NCBI GenBank assembly: GCA_965644295.1
Contig: CBFFRP010000159.1
Location: 61,676 to 125,675 of the forward strand
Origin: Paraphysomonas bandaiensis
Taxonomy: Eukaryota > Protista > Chrysophyceae
Reading direction: 5' to 3'
Length of the DNA stretch: 64,000 nt
Under the pieces are notes generated by a model that searched no databases, was not told the origin of the DNA, and saw only the letters and a program-made list of their open reading frames with translations. The position numbers and the translations under genes were made by a program. Below are positions 27,704-40,048 of the stretch, in pieces. Each line of letters opens with the position of its first letter. The first letter of the stretch is position 1.

Positions 27704-28465
27704 CTTTGCTTCTGTAGTTCTAAAATGAAGTATCCAGTGTATGCCAAGATTAGGGTGCAATGACTGTAAGGTTCATACGGAACATCATGAAGAGTTATGT
27801 AATCCACATACAGCAGCATTGTCTGCATCTATACTTCATACTATGTGCAAGTAGGCAACAATATGCACCATAATACACTGTTATACGGTAAATACACATA
27901 CTTTATACTCTGGTATACTACAGCAGTACGTGATGAAATAGGCATCGGGATGGACGATTTCATATCTAAATATCTCAGTTCTATGAATCTGTCACACTAC
28001 TTCAGTGTGGTCATCGAATTCACAGTGTACTGCTGCTATCAATAGACTCATTTGTGAGGTGTATGTCTATGTATGCATATGTGTGTGTCTATATATAAGC
28101 ATATGCTGTTCATGGTACTGCTAATCTATCCGATATCTTCTCTTAAAATCTAGTCATGGAATATGGCTGCTAGGTAATGAGTAATGAAACGTATATGTAT
28201 ATGTACGCTTCTATTTATATGCCTGTATACTCGTATGTATTCATCTGTATAAAGTGTGTATGTAGCACACTTCTCTCACTTTCTTCTTCTGTGAAAATAG
28301 TCATCCAATTGTAGGGATGATCTGTCACATGTAGTCCTATATATACTATTGTACGCATAGCTATATATAGACACACATACAGTGCTAGTATGTACCGCTA
28401 GCGTCTGTTGGTAGTATCGATATAAGCAGCCTATTGAATAGATCTCTGTAGATCTCACTCAACCC

Positions 28466-30943
28466 ATGCACTTGTCTCTTCCCCCTCCGCAACAACTCAT
28501 CTTCATCATCCTTATTATCCTAACATACTTAACGGGCCGTATACGGGCCGCACTCCCGTGTTCCCTCCCGTCACTTAACAATACTTACCTCCCATTCCAT
28601 GAATTACAGCACCAAATCCAGCGTCTCGAGCAAGACATGCTCACCATGGAGGCGCATAGAGGGGTCATCGTCACGATTGGTCTCTCTGGCAGCGGAAAGT
28701 CCACAACAGTAAACTTTGCAACCAAACAGCCGTTACATGTCCTGTTGGATGATTTTGGATATACATACAGTCGAATCGATCCTTTCAACCCCCCTTGTGG
28801 CGCTATCGGCTCTAGATTCACATCCAATACTACTATACCTTGTATCCTGGAGAACTTCATTGATATGCCTGGGCTGAATGACAACAGAGGCCCTGTCACT
28901 GAGATAACTGGAAAATTTGCTCTTACCAAAATATTGACTAATTTCAGCTCCATTACGTTCCTGATATGTATTCCTCAGTATTATTTAGTTACTCAGGATC
29001 GTGCCTGTAGACTCAAGGAATTAATTAGTCATCTACAACCTCTAATAGCTGCGAACTCAGTGGAGACTTTTGTTACTTTTTCGAATATTGTTGTCACTTT
29101 TGCTACTCATTCGGACACCCATGTTATACGTTCGCGTTTTAGGCGTATGTTGGAAGAGGTTCCCAATCTCTCCCGAAATCAGGCCCGCATACTTTTGGAA
29201 TGGTCCAAAGAGGATTTCAACAGAATATCATTCATTAGAATGCCGACTCGCGCTGGTATACTTCACCCTGAAGATTACACAAGTGTGCTCAAGCCGTATT
29301 CAGTGTATGTATCTGATATTCACTATGATTGGAGTTTTTTATCAGAGTCAGTAAGGGAGTTTCTGGATTATATGAAAAGAATCATGTCCCATGACATAAT
29401 CACTATCATGGATCGGTTTTATGATAGAATAGACACATTGACTACTGAGTATATTGCCGAACATCATTTCGATGATAGTGGAAGGTTGATACGAGAAAGG
29501 CTCAGCAACATAGTGGAGTCTATTCAAACGTCTGTGAACGATGGAAGTGTGGCTGCTCTAGGAAAAGCCGTAGAAGTATTGGACCCATGCACTGCTGCTG
29601 GATTAAGAGACATCGCGAACACACAAAGCGTTTTGATCTCTGCCTGTGGTTTGCGTGGCCTGCCTCTTGATGTACAGGTTTCTTCCGTGTCATTGTTAAT
29701 AGAATGGTTAAGCGGTATGACACGCAACCCAGTTTTAGAAGCCAGCCCTGATCGCCTGGTGGTGATTGGAGGGGTTGTGGGAGCCCGCGATCTCTCAGAT
29801 TCGTTTCCCATCTCAATGTTTCCTGCTGATAGCGAAATTGAAGTAGTGGCATCTGCTTCACATTTCTTCTTTGACAGTGACTTACGTATGCAGAACAGAA
29901 GTCTGCTCATAAGTGCCCAGAACTGCTGGCTGGGCACTGCTCTTGTCCATGTCGATCTGTCTGGCGCCCCTGCACTTACTCCTTCCTGCACACACCCAGG
30001 TGGTAACCCCGGCAGTCCAGGTAATCCCGGAGGACACTTTGCGTTGTCTTGCACTTTTCACACTCTTCCGCGCTATACACTCAAAGAGGAAGTTGGGATG
30101 ATAGTGAATGTATCAGGAGGGACGGGCGGCAGCGGCTGTGATGGGGCGGCTGGTGCCCCAGGCGATCCGGCTATTCCTGGTGAAATTTCTCACGACGGAA
30201 GAGTGCTTCTTGCGCCTCATTTACATAGCGTAGTTCCAGGAATTCTGGCAGATGTACATATCTATCGTAGCGGGTTCCCAGCCGGCGCAGGGGGAGTAGG
30301 GGGCATGGGTGGAAGAGGGGGGAAGGGGGGGCTTCCCGGACAAACACACCTTCCTCCTGCCCTAATTTTACACGATGGATCAACGAAATCAGATGAAGTC
30401 GAAGAACTATCTGTCATGAACGCAGTACAAGTAGTTCGTGACGTCGGTAATCGTGGTCTTGATGGTGTAGGTGGTACAGGAGGAGCGGGCGGAAGGCACA
30501 GTGTATTGTATCAACAACAGGTGTTTGTCACCTCCTCGAACGCTTGTGGAATTGCAGCTAGCGCAGCGTTATCTGCTGGGATTTTGTTGACTGGAGTGGC
30601 TGCTGTGCGCTTTTTGGACACGCCAGGGGGGATCATTAATGCTATGTATGCCGTCAATTATGCTTCAGGGACACTCGGTGTATCGACTGCGCTAGTGGGA
30701 TGTGTAGCAACCATACTTATCTCTGTCATAACCACAGTTACCAACATATTCTTTTCTGAAAGTTGTCAATGGGGTGCCACTCTGCCTAAAGAAATTCGAG
30801 ATAGGGATTTTAAAGCCCCGGATGGTTTTCGAGGCGGATGCTGTCTCGATTGGCCTGCTAGTGAAGGGAGTCCTAGAGAAAGACCTTTTCCAGCGTCATT
30901 TACTGACATTATTATGAGTAGTCGAGAGAAACGTGTACTCTAG
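28466..30943 (+). CDS. Intronless P-loop (TRAFAC-like) GTPase with N-terminal hydrophobic leader, Gly-rich repeats and two C-terminal TM segments
   Basis: G1 GLSGSGKST, G2-like SNTT, G3 DMPG. GxxGxxG tracts (GAGGVGGMGGRGGKGG). Hydrophobic segments near the C-terminus. Confidence 0.75.
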   Translation: MHLSLPPPQQLIFIILIILTYLTGRIRAALPCSLPSLNNTYLPFHELQHQIQRLEQDMLTMEAHRGVIVTIGLSGSGKSTTVNFATKQPLHVLLDDFGYTYSRIDPFNPPCGAIGSRFTSNTTIPCILENFIDMPGLNDNRGPVTEITGKFALTKILTNFSSITFLICIPQYYLVTQDRACRLKELISHLQPLIAANSVETFVTFSNIVVTFATHSDTHVIRSRFRRMLEEVPNLSRNQARILLEWSKEDFNRISFIRMPTRAGILHPEDYTSVLKPYSVYVSDIHYDWSFLSESVREFLDYMKRIMSHDIITIMDRFYDRIDTLTTEYIAEHHFDDSGRLIRERLSNIVESIQTSVNDGSVAALGKAVEVLDPCTAAGLRDIANTQSVLISACGLRGLPLDVQVSSVSLLIEWLSGMTRNPVLEASPDRLVVIGGVVGARDLSDSFPISMFPADSEIEVVASASHFFFDSDLRMQNRSLLISAQNCWLGTALVHVDLSGAPALTPSCTHPGGNPGSPGNPGGHFALSCTFHTLPRYTLKEEVGMIVNVSGGTGGSGCDGAAGAPGDPAIPGEISHDGRVLLAPHLHSVVPGILADVHIYRSGFPAGAGGVGGMGGRGGKGGLPGQTHLPPALILHDGSTKSDEVEELSVMNAVQVVRDVGNRGLDGVGGTGGAGGRHSVLYQQQVFVTSSNACGIAASAALSAGILLTGVAAVRFLDTPGGIINAMYAVNYASGTLGVSTALVGCVATILISVITTVTNIFFSESCQWGATLPKEIRDRDFKAPDGFRGGCCLDWPASEGSPRERPFPASFTDIIMSSREKRVL

Positions 30944-31625
30944 TGTGTCGAATTTTTACCACATATAATTTTTATTTTATGGATTCCTGTTGTGCTATTT
31001 GTTCTTAATTTCGTTGTGAAGTTATTTTTTAATATTGTGCTTATTTTTCTAATTCGAAAGCTTCTTAGTTTCAGTATGTACCCATCAGCCATCAGATAAG
31101 TACACACATCGATTCCATTGTAGGGGGTATATCAAAAACGGGATAAGTAGAATAAAAAGCCGCCATATTGCACAAACGTTATGTTTATAAGTAATAAGCA
31201 GCTGGTCATGAAAGTTCGACCAAGTTGAGGTGGTCCTGTTGAAAAACTACTACATTAACTATCATATTACTAGTTTTCATAGTACAGTCAACTACTACTG
31301 TATTCGTTGAGTAGCGGTTATCATATTTCAAAGACCTAGAACTACAACTTTACTTGCAAAACTCAACAGTTCCTACATATTTCCGCTCAACCTTTAAAAC
31401 ATTCAGGAAAGCATTGTTACATTGTTACCAAAGTATCTAAATCATCGGTACCAGAAGTAGCGCGAAGTGACAGCAGTAACACCCATGTAACTAACACTAC
31501 TACATACTACACACCACCTCGTTCGCAAGCAAACTAGCAACGTACTATTGAAACCGACAAAAGTGGATAAGACTGTGGATCACATCAGATGCCTCCTCAA
31601 AAACCACTCAATAGAAGACAAGAGC

Positions 31626-33204
31626 TTACAAAATATGCCTCTTGATAAGCTTTTTGTAGAAAATGAAAAGGCCAATAGCAGATGCTAGCAGCAGAACGAC
31701 AATGATAAGGAAGGGCAGTTTCCAACTCCCAGCAGATGTCATGGAGCTCTCCAGAGAGGACTCGAGCTGCTTGTTGAGCTGGGACTCCATGCCCTTCACC
31801 TTCCTATTCATATTTCCATTCAGCTGAAGCTCCAACCGGTTCAGACGACTCTCAAGAGTTCCGTCCACCTCCTTCTTAATAACCTAATACCCAGTATCAG
31901 AATTCGACCCTACGATATAAATTCACGAAAACACTTACCGCCTCCAGATCTTCAATCCGCCCCTCTGCCTTGTCTTCACGCTTCTCAAGTTTGGAGACCA
32001 TGTTACTGATGTGGTCATCAACAGATGCGAGCTCATGCTCGACATGATGGCTCAGGGTTTCGAATTGTGTCACAAGAGAGTTTATCTTCTCCTCAATCCT
32101 GCGCAAAACAGTAAAACACAATGCTGGAATTGAATAGCTCAGTGAACTGCACCTGTGTAGTCTGGTTTCAGTATCCTCACCAATGGCGACGGGAAAAGGC
32201 GTAATGGTCTTGCGCTTCTCTTCTTCCTGCTCCAACACTTCATACTCGCTGAAAGAAAGCAGAGAGATCACGTCATGGTTGTCTGCCAGCTGTCCCGTGG
32301 ATGCAGTCACCCCGACGTAAGCCTTGGTGAGCCAATCTCGTGGAAGGCCTGGGTTTACGACTGTTGCACACTCAGTCCAATCGCCGGAGTTAACCGGATC
32401 AATCGCCACAACAATTCTGTAGGAATTGCAATGAGCATTGAAAAAACATGCAGTAAAACTCACTTCTCGTTATCAATAACAACTTTCGCACGAGCAGCGT
32501 TCGTAACAGAAAAATCTGCACGCTCAGCATGAAATCTAAAGTTCGCATTGCAGCCCTGCAGCGATATACACTTGAGTTCAAAATATATAACGACGAGACA
32601 AATTTCACCTGAATGTCGTCAGTCATCATCTCGAAGGTCTTCTCGCCATCATTGATGAGAATTGTGACATCACGATGAGCATTAATATTTTCCGTATTTC
32701 TGAACGTGTCAAATATGACGCCTACTCCGAGAAACTTTTCCTGTGAGCCGTGAAGATCACCAGCATTGTAGTAGGACTGTTGGGTGATCCATAGTGCAAT
32801 ACCATCACCAAAGAAATTCTTCCCCTGTCCAGATATTCTGAATTTGAATATGCAAGAGTACTGAGGGACACCAAGAGGCTTGCGTGACCAGAGGGCCCCC
32901 TTCTTACTCTACATTATAGTGTACAAGCATCAGCGGGTCATCAAGTATATGAGCAGATATGTCACCTGTCTATCAGGAGTCAATCGAGCAAAATTAGAAT
33001 TAACAACTGCGTGTCCCGCTGTCCTCCAAAACTTTCCTACCATTCTATATATATATATCAGGTGCATCTATGGTGCTATGTACGGTATCGCTACCTCTGA
33101 CCGGAGTTGTCGATATCTTCGAATGGAGGCTCGAAGGACTGGTATTCGAGTTTGGTGCATGAAACCAACCCCATGCAGAGGGAAAGGAAGCTGATCAATC
33201 TCAT
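31626..33204 (-). CDS. L-type (legume-like) lectin cargo receptor, VIP36/ERGIC-53 family, multi-exon
   Basis: Signal peptide MRLISFLSLCMG, FFGDGIALW, GVIFDTFRN, YVGVTASTGQLADNHDVISL, coiled coil, TM segment and basic tail KKLIKRHIL. Confidence 0.88.
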
Positions 33205-33327
33205 GTTTATTCTTGGGAATGTTGTATGGGTATATGGGAGGTTATGTGACCAGGAGGGAGTTTGTTTGAGTGGTTTGACACGTGCACCTATAAGTGTTTA
33301 CACAGCAATACACACACACAGACCAAC

Positions 33328-33502
33328 TACATACATACATACATACATACATACATACATACATACATACATACATACATACATACATACATACATACAT
33401 ACATACATACATACATACATACATACATACATACATACATACATACATACATACATACATACATACATACATACATACATACATACATACATACATACAT
33501 AC
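33328..33502. repeat. (TACA)n microsatellite
   Basis: Perfect tetranucleotide array. Confidence 0.99.
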
Positions 33503-34016
33503 CTACACTGTACTCCAGTACTCTGCTCTGAAAGAATTGTATTATTATACCGTATTTCAAATATGCTTTTTTTGACTTTTACAACAAAACCGGGATTTTT
33601 TAACAGAAATCAAAGATAGAGTACAATCTGAGAAAATCAGTTGGAGCAAACTCCAGGTATTCGGTATTCTAGATCACACCATATGAATGGATGCAGAGTG
33701 TATCAACCCCGTAGCCCAGCATATACAACCGTATACCATATACGTATATACTACTAGTATATAGAAAATTTCATATTCGAGGGAGACCCTACACACATCC
33801 GTATTCTTGCACCTCTCTATACTATTGTAGGTATACTGGATCCACGCATACTGTATGTCCGATGCCTACATCGCCTCTGGTGACATCATGCAGCTATATT
33901 CTTGCTTCGATCGCATCTCCATATCTGACTGCATGTAACTTCATCCATATCATTGACTTATATTCAACTACTGTATTGGCAGATACTCATCCCGTGTAGC
34001 CCTATTGTCCTCTACA

Positions 34017-35507
34017 ATGCATGCACTACTAAACATCGTACTACTCTCATGTATCTCCACTATCTTTGCTCAAATAATAGATTTGAAATCAGGACAACCT
34101 GTGGAAGGTCAATGGATGGAGACTGGGTTCATGTCTATCACATCGAGAGAATGGACACCTGTACAGACTCTATACGACACGTATAGAGACCCTGTGGTGT
34201 TTTTAAGGTATGGTTAGATGTGTGTATATATGGTTTAGCTTATATATGGTGTTCTATGAAGCACGCCGTTAACTCTCTATGGGAGAGATAACGAACCTGT
34301 ACAAGCGAGGATCTCTAATATGAATAACAATGATGGAGCTCTATCTTTTGATGTCAAACTTGTCATGCCGAATGATTCGTATTGCTCGAAGGAGTGGTGG
34401 GTTCCAGAGGACTATCCTGGATCTTTGAACGTAACATGGCTAGTTATGGAGAGTGGTGGCTATTCTATTAACGGCACACAGACAGTTGTCAATACAGCTG
34501 AAGTTTCTGGCTACGTGACGAAAGTTGACTGGGATTACACTTTCGGATCAGAGTGCAACTATCCCACCCAGGAAGGAGACACTGACTTCGCTCCTGGGGT
34601 GCTGCTTTCACTGCAAAGTTTCGACAACGAGATGTTTGTTGTTCCCCGTGCTACGAGCTTATGGACGAAGGGTGAGGTAAACAAGTGCTCCTACTCATGG
34701 AGCACGGGCAGATTTTTCCTCGACAGCCACGACGGTTACCCCGTGGCAGAACGATACAACATGCGTACCGAGCTACTGGGATATCTATTGTTTGATCAGT
34801 ACAGACCCCATGTGATTGACTGTGTGGAAGGGTATTTCTTTGAATTCGGGATGATCGATCGGCTTACCGACTCCTCAATGCTAGTGGATCTGCACGAGCA
34901 GGTTGACGCTTCTGTCCAGCCTGTTGGTCTCTTCGCCACACTTGTGTCATATTACGGAGGAGACAGCAGCAGTCTACGTACCTACTATACCAGTCCTGAA
35001 TCTGCCTCGGACATGTATATTTTTATACAGGTGGGTATGCTATAATCTGTGTAGTATAGAAATTGTATATAGCGTTTGATCTCGTTTCTATAGGAGGATC
35101 AGTGCGAGGACGAAGAAGAGGTTCACCTCGAGGAATCTACCAGCTACCTCTTCATAAGCACTACTTCACGAAATTGCACACTTGAGGAAAACCCTGTCTT
35201 CATTTATTATACTGAAGCCCCGACTTCTATCCCTTCTGGGGAGCCTACCCGGTTGCCATCCATTACGGGACATCCCACTTCGTCGGCACCTACAACTGCT
35301 TTGCAGGGACAGGAAGACAGGAAGAACAAGAGCAAAGACAGTGATGGCTCCGGCGTACTACTCGCGATTATCCTTCCGATAATTATTTTGGCTGTAATTG
35401 CAATAGTGGGGCTTGTAGCTAGGGCGTATTTCGTAGCAGGACCAAGCGGAGCCACAGCACTGGCAGACAGTGACCACAGCGACAACAATCTAGTACAATT
35501 TTCGTGA
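34017..35507 (+). CDS. Type I membrane protein (signal peptide, beta-rich ectodomain, P/T/S stalk, TM), 3 exons
   Basis: Signal MHALLNIVLLSCISTIFAQ, PTSIPSGEPT stalk, TM VLLAIILPIIILAVIAIVGLVA. Confidence 0.7.
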
Positions 35508-35929
35508 ATTGAATCATAGAAATTATGAATTCTATTGTGATTGAATATTTGAGTTTAGACAAGTTTTGGTTGCAGTTGTAACACCTTTGTCTTTTTAATT
35601 TGATAATTATTAAGGGTTCGCCCGGACTGAACGACAAATGGCGTAACTTACTTGAAAAACATTAAACACTACTTTTGTTACCTGTTACTAGTACTACTAC
35701 CGAGTCAATATCGCAATTCTACTATAACTCTGCTTCTAGTCAATATTGCTTTTGTTTCTACTACATTGCGGTTACGACATACACCATACACTAATACCTA
35801 ATACTATTTTCTATTTTACAAAACCTATATATACGGACTCACTCCTTTTCGTGGTGTTCTTGGGTCTGGGGGATAAGGAGTACACAGGAGATAATTTTCT
35901 ACGTAAGCCGCAAATATAGACAGTAGATA

Positions 35930-36380
35930 ACGTTCTGCTCACTCATAGCCGAATGCTTGTGTGGTACAAGGTACAAGGGACACTAATAAGCAGGGCTGCT
36001 TATCAAGTAATTGTCAATTGTTGAAATTGCTAGTGTATTTTAGTACTATAAATTATTGCAATAATTGCAATTATAATTGACTACAACCTGCGTCAATTAA
36101 TTGCCACGCAACCCTGCAAATAAATGTCACTTATGTAGACGTCTTTGGGTCTTTACGAATAAACAGGCATACGGGAATGGGCTATCTGCTGACTTCAAAA
36201 TCCTGGAGTTAGCAGATACCAGGTATATATCAACATACTACTTGCTCACTGCATAGTTTGCTTTGAGCGAAAGTGGTTGCACCTTGGTACTTGCGGTGAC
36301 GCATATGCAGCTTTTATAGCGGTAAATATAATGTTAGGATATCAGAGTTAAGCACCCAAATAATAACTATTATACTACTG
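35930..36380 (+). mobile_element. Non-coding retro-copy sharing the LINE 3' end (truncated LINE or SINE-like), interrupted by a small MITE
   Basis: Shares CTCATA(G/A)CCGAATGCTTGTGTGGTACAAGG and GCGAAAGTGGTTGCACCTTGGT...TAGGATATCAGAGTTAAGCAC with 42040-42275. Confidence 0.75.
35991..36116. mobile_element. 126-bp hAT-like MITE
   Basis: TIR CAGGGCTGC...GCAACCCTG, degenerate 8-bp flanks CTAATAAG/CAAATAAA, and absence from the paralogous copy at ~42080. Confidence 0.5.
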
Positions 36381-36708
36381 ATGGACTGGTAGTACAGCAG
36401 TATTGGCAAAATAACGTAAGTTATCCTTTTTGTTGATATATATATATACTTATCATTGAATTTTTGCGTAGCATACTTTGTATTATGCTGATTTCACAGA
36501 CGGTTAAAATAATCTTGCAGTATTTCTTTGACATCATTGAGATATATTAAAAATCGGATTTCCTTCAAAAAAATGAGATAACTATTAACACGAAAAAGTA
36601 TGGTAATTATGTATGGAACTGCATATATATTCCATATGTAATAGAACGCTGATCGCGTGCCAACAGTACCACATAGATACTTCTATCATTGACTAAGATA
36701 AAGAAGCG

Positions 36709-39613
36709 TCACTTCTCTGTGGACCATACTCCATACAGAGAGCCCTTAGTATCAAGTCGTCTGAGATTAGGTGCCTCTTCTCTCAGTCTCTGTAGCCGAT
36801 GTGACGAGCTGTTGCCGTCGCATGATCGAAATACACGTATACATTCAGAAATAAAGTCTACCCATAGGCATTTCCTATCCATGGTAGGGGCATAAATTAC
36901 CCTGTTGTGAGGTGACGTTGATTGGCCAAGCAAGGTGGAGATCCCACCTCTGACTGCGGAGGAAAGAGATGAATCCGTGAGTAGTATGGCACATGACTGT
37001 TGCAAATCGGAGGTTGTGGTGCAGCTATTGCTACTCCCTCCACCCCCCGCGCTGTCCCAGGAATAATGAGAACACTCTAGGTTTCGCATCTCGATGTGAA
37101 AGGCGTAAGTCAGCTGGTACTCCTTTTCCCCTTCAGGAGAAGGACACAGACGCATTGCGAGCAGAACATGGCTGAGAAGAAAAACTTGAAGTATATGGGG
37201 GCGGCCATTGTTGACTCCCCATCGTCGTTGTGTGTCTCCCGCCCGTCTGCCTGAACCGGCAGGCCTAAATAAACACATGTACCGCACGTTAGAACCAATC
37301 GTACATACAGTTACAACACTAGACACCGTAGCATCTTTACCTCTCGAAGAACCAATCAACTGCAATCAGATGCTGCATATGGGGGTCAGACGTTACCGAA
37401 GACAGCCAGGTACTAGAATTATTATCCAATGCAGCTAATACAGCCTCTTTGCTAGACCTGGTGGCACATCGAGATAAAAGAGATTCGGAAAATTCCTGGG
37501 CATGCTGATCGATAACTAGGCGCAGATGGGATACTGGTGAATTTGATGACCCCACACTTACAGTGTCTGTATTGTCCTCTACACTATCTGTAGCCTGAGT
37601 TCCGCTGCTGTCGATAGATTTCTTCAGCTGTTCCTCATCAACAATTGCTTCCAGCAATTCATAAAGACCCCACCAATTAGGTTGTGTTAGAAATACATTC
37701 CGCCGCATCAGCAAACCCATTGTTCGCTCGTGTTTGCCGCTATTTTTCGAATGATTAAGCGCATAAGTTGGGGGACATTTCATTCCTCCCGCCACTGTGG
37801 CCTGCTGATTAAGTCGTGTAAATATTTCACCTATCAATGTATTCACGAGAGCCAATTGGTTCTTTACTCTATATGTATCTTTGTCAGCCAAGTTAACGCT
37901 TAACACCTGATTGATTGATTCCACCCATTCGTCTCGCTCGTGAACGCTTCCGGCGCAAAGATATACAGCTGTGTTCGGAGAAACCACAACAAACCAGCTG
38001 CTATCGTTATCGGAGCACAGGCTCGGTAATGGGAGACACACAGTATCGGACCCCTTATTCAGTGGCAACGTAAACTCCAGGCGTAGAGTTCCGGGAGCCA
38101 GTTCACGCTCTTGTGGCGAATTCGGCTCCGGGGGAGGATGCTGAGGAGGGGTTTGAAAAGGGCGCCGGGTCTTTACCACAGGCGGTGTGGGGTCAGCTAT
38201 AAATCGATCTTTTCGAGAATTAAGAGATCTCGCCGCACTATCATCCGAAATGGGCACACGAACTTGCACCTCACTAGTGGCTACGAGAATATCTGACATC
38301 AAATAAACATGCACACGCCTCACCGCACCGGCGCAACCTTTTCCACTCTTTACATGCCTCTTTAGAAATCCCTTCCGCAATATACTCCGACCACTACTCG
38401 CCAGAGCAGGTACTTGGTGCCCTAAATTACCACGAACTAATTGGTCGTACAGATCATGAAGATGCTTCCTGTGCTGGTCTTCTCTGATAGCATGGTAACA
38501 CCCCAGCAAACATTTAGACATATCCATGAACAGTTTCCTCGCCAATTGGTAGGTAGATTCGAATACCTCAACATAATCTGAATCAACAAGTCGAAGCGCA
38601 CCCCCAACGCACTCGTATATCTGCTTGCAATTCAACAGATACCACGGGAGTCGTTTCGCGGGCCTGGACAACAGTGACATTAAACTTTCTCCTACACGCC
38701 CCTCTACTGACAGGACGTGCTCACCAAACTCAGGCTGATCCCGCACGAGCGATGACAGTAACTCCAACACTCTCGGAAGCGACCCAACACAGCCTCTAAA
38801 CACCCGGAAGGATGGACAAAATTTACGAATAGTTGTTATGAAAGCTGTATGTGCACTCAAAATATCTGGGAGTGCCTCGTCCATGTGAAAACTGGCATGG
38901 GTGTTCAGTGATCGCTTCCAGTGGGACACGCGCAGATCTTTCAGGCTCTGTAAATGGAGCTCACACACAGTTTTCACACCATCTAAGGATGCGACAAAAC
39001 TTAAAACTGCAGCGGACTCCATGAATTCTCGCACTGGTGGCATACTAATGTACCTAAAGTCCTGCAGAATCACAGAAAGCATCTGCATAACATGTACGAA
39101 GTCTTGTTCAGAGGCGATGCATGCCTCCATGATAGCGAAGAACTTGTGGAAAAAAGGAAAACAAGGATGCAAACGCTCAGCGTTCGGATTGTATGGTGTA
39201 CAAGTATGGTGTCTGTAGGGCTTCACCAGTATATGTACACCCCAACAGGACTCGCAGAAGTAAGAGTCCGCATTGTCACATTGTTCACACCGAAGACTGG
39301 CAGGCACCGAGTCACAATTACCACACATCATATGCGGTAAGCTGGAGAGGTCTGTTTGTTTCTCTTTTAAACTCTCCAAAACATCACAAGTGTCACTGCA
39401 TTCTTGATATATATTTACGTCGACTGAAAATACAGCACAGAAATCATCTCGATTGATGTCTATAAGCCGCTCTGATGGTCGCCACAGCTGTCCTCTTTCC
39501 TCTGGAGTGAGAGGGGTTGATAGAAGAGGACTTATGAGACATGTTTCTTCATCACCAGTGTGGTCGGTGGTGTATTCTTCTTCAATTACCCCCTGCAGTA
39601 TCTCCATATCCAT
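36709..39613 (-). CDS. B-box + RhoGEF (DH) + PH domain protein
   Basis: B-box CGNC...CEQC...FCESCWGVH..H; DH motifs EACIASEQDFV and LLSRPAKRLPWY; PH region ILRKGFLKR...VYLMSDILV...ERDEWVESI; further PH-like 3' exons. Confidence 0.8.
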
Positions 39614-39782
39614 ACCTATCTGTATATATACAACTATAAAGATATTATGAGATCATTATGCGATACAATACACGAGAGAAGAGAATAGGAGTAAGAAGAT
39701 GGAGGGGAGTGTTACATGTGAGGATTGGAAGGGATAGTTTGGTGTTGTTCGTGTTACTGTTAACTATCCATACCTTCACTGC

Positions 39783-39995
39783 TGTATGTATGTATGTATG
39801 TATGTATGTATGTATGTATGTATGTATGTATGTATGTATGTATGTATGTATGTATGTATGTATGTATGTATGTATGTATGTATGTATGTATGTATGTAGG
39901 TAGGTAGGTATGTATGTATGTATGTATGTATGTATGTATGTATGTATGTATGTATGTATGTATGTATGTATGTATGTATGTATGTATGTATGTAT
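39783..39995. repeat. (TATG)n microsatellite with a short (TAGG)3 interruption
   Basis: Direct observation. Confidence 0.99.
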
Positions 39996-40048
39996 CTAGT
40001 ATATCAGATATGGTTAGCTATCCACTGCATACAAACTCATGCATATAC

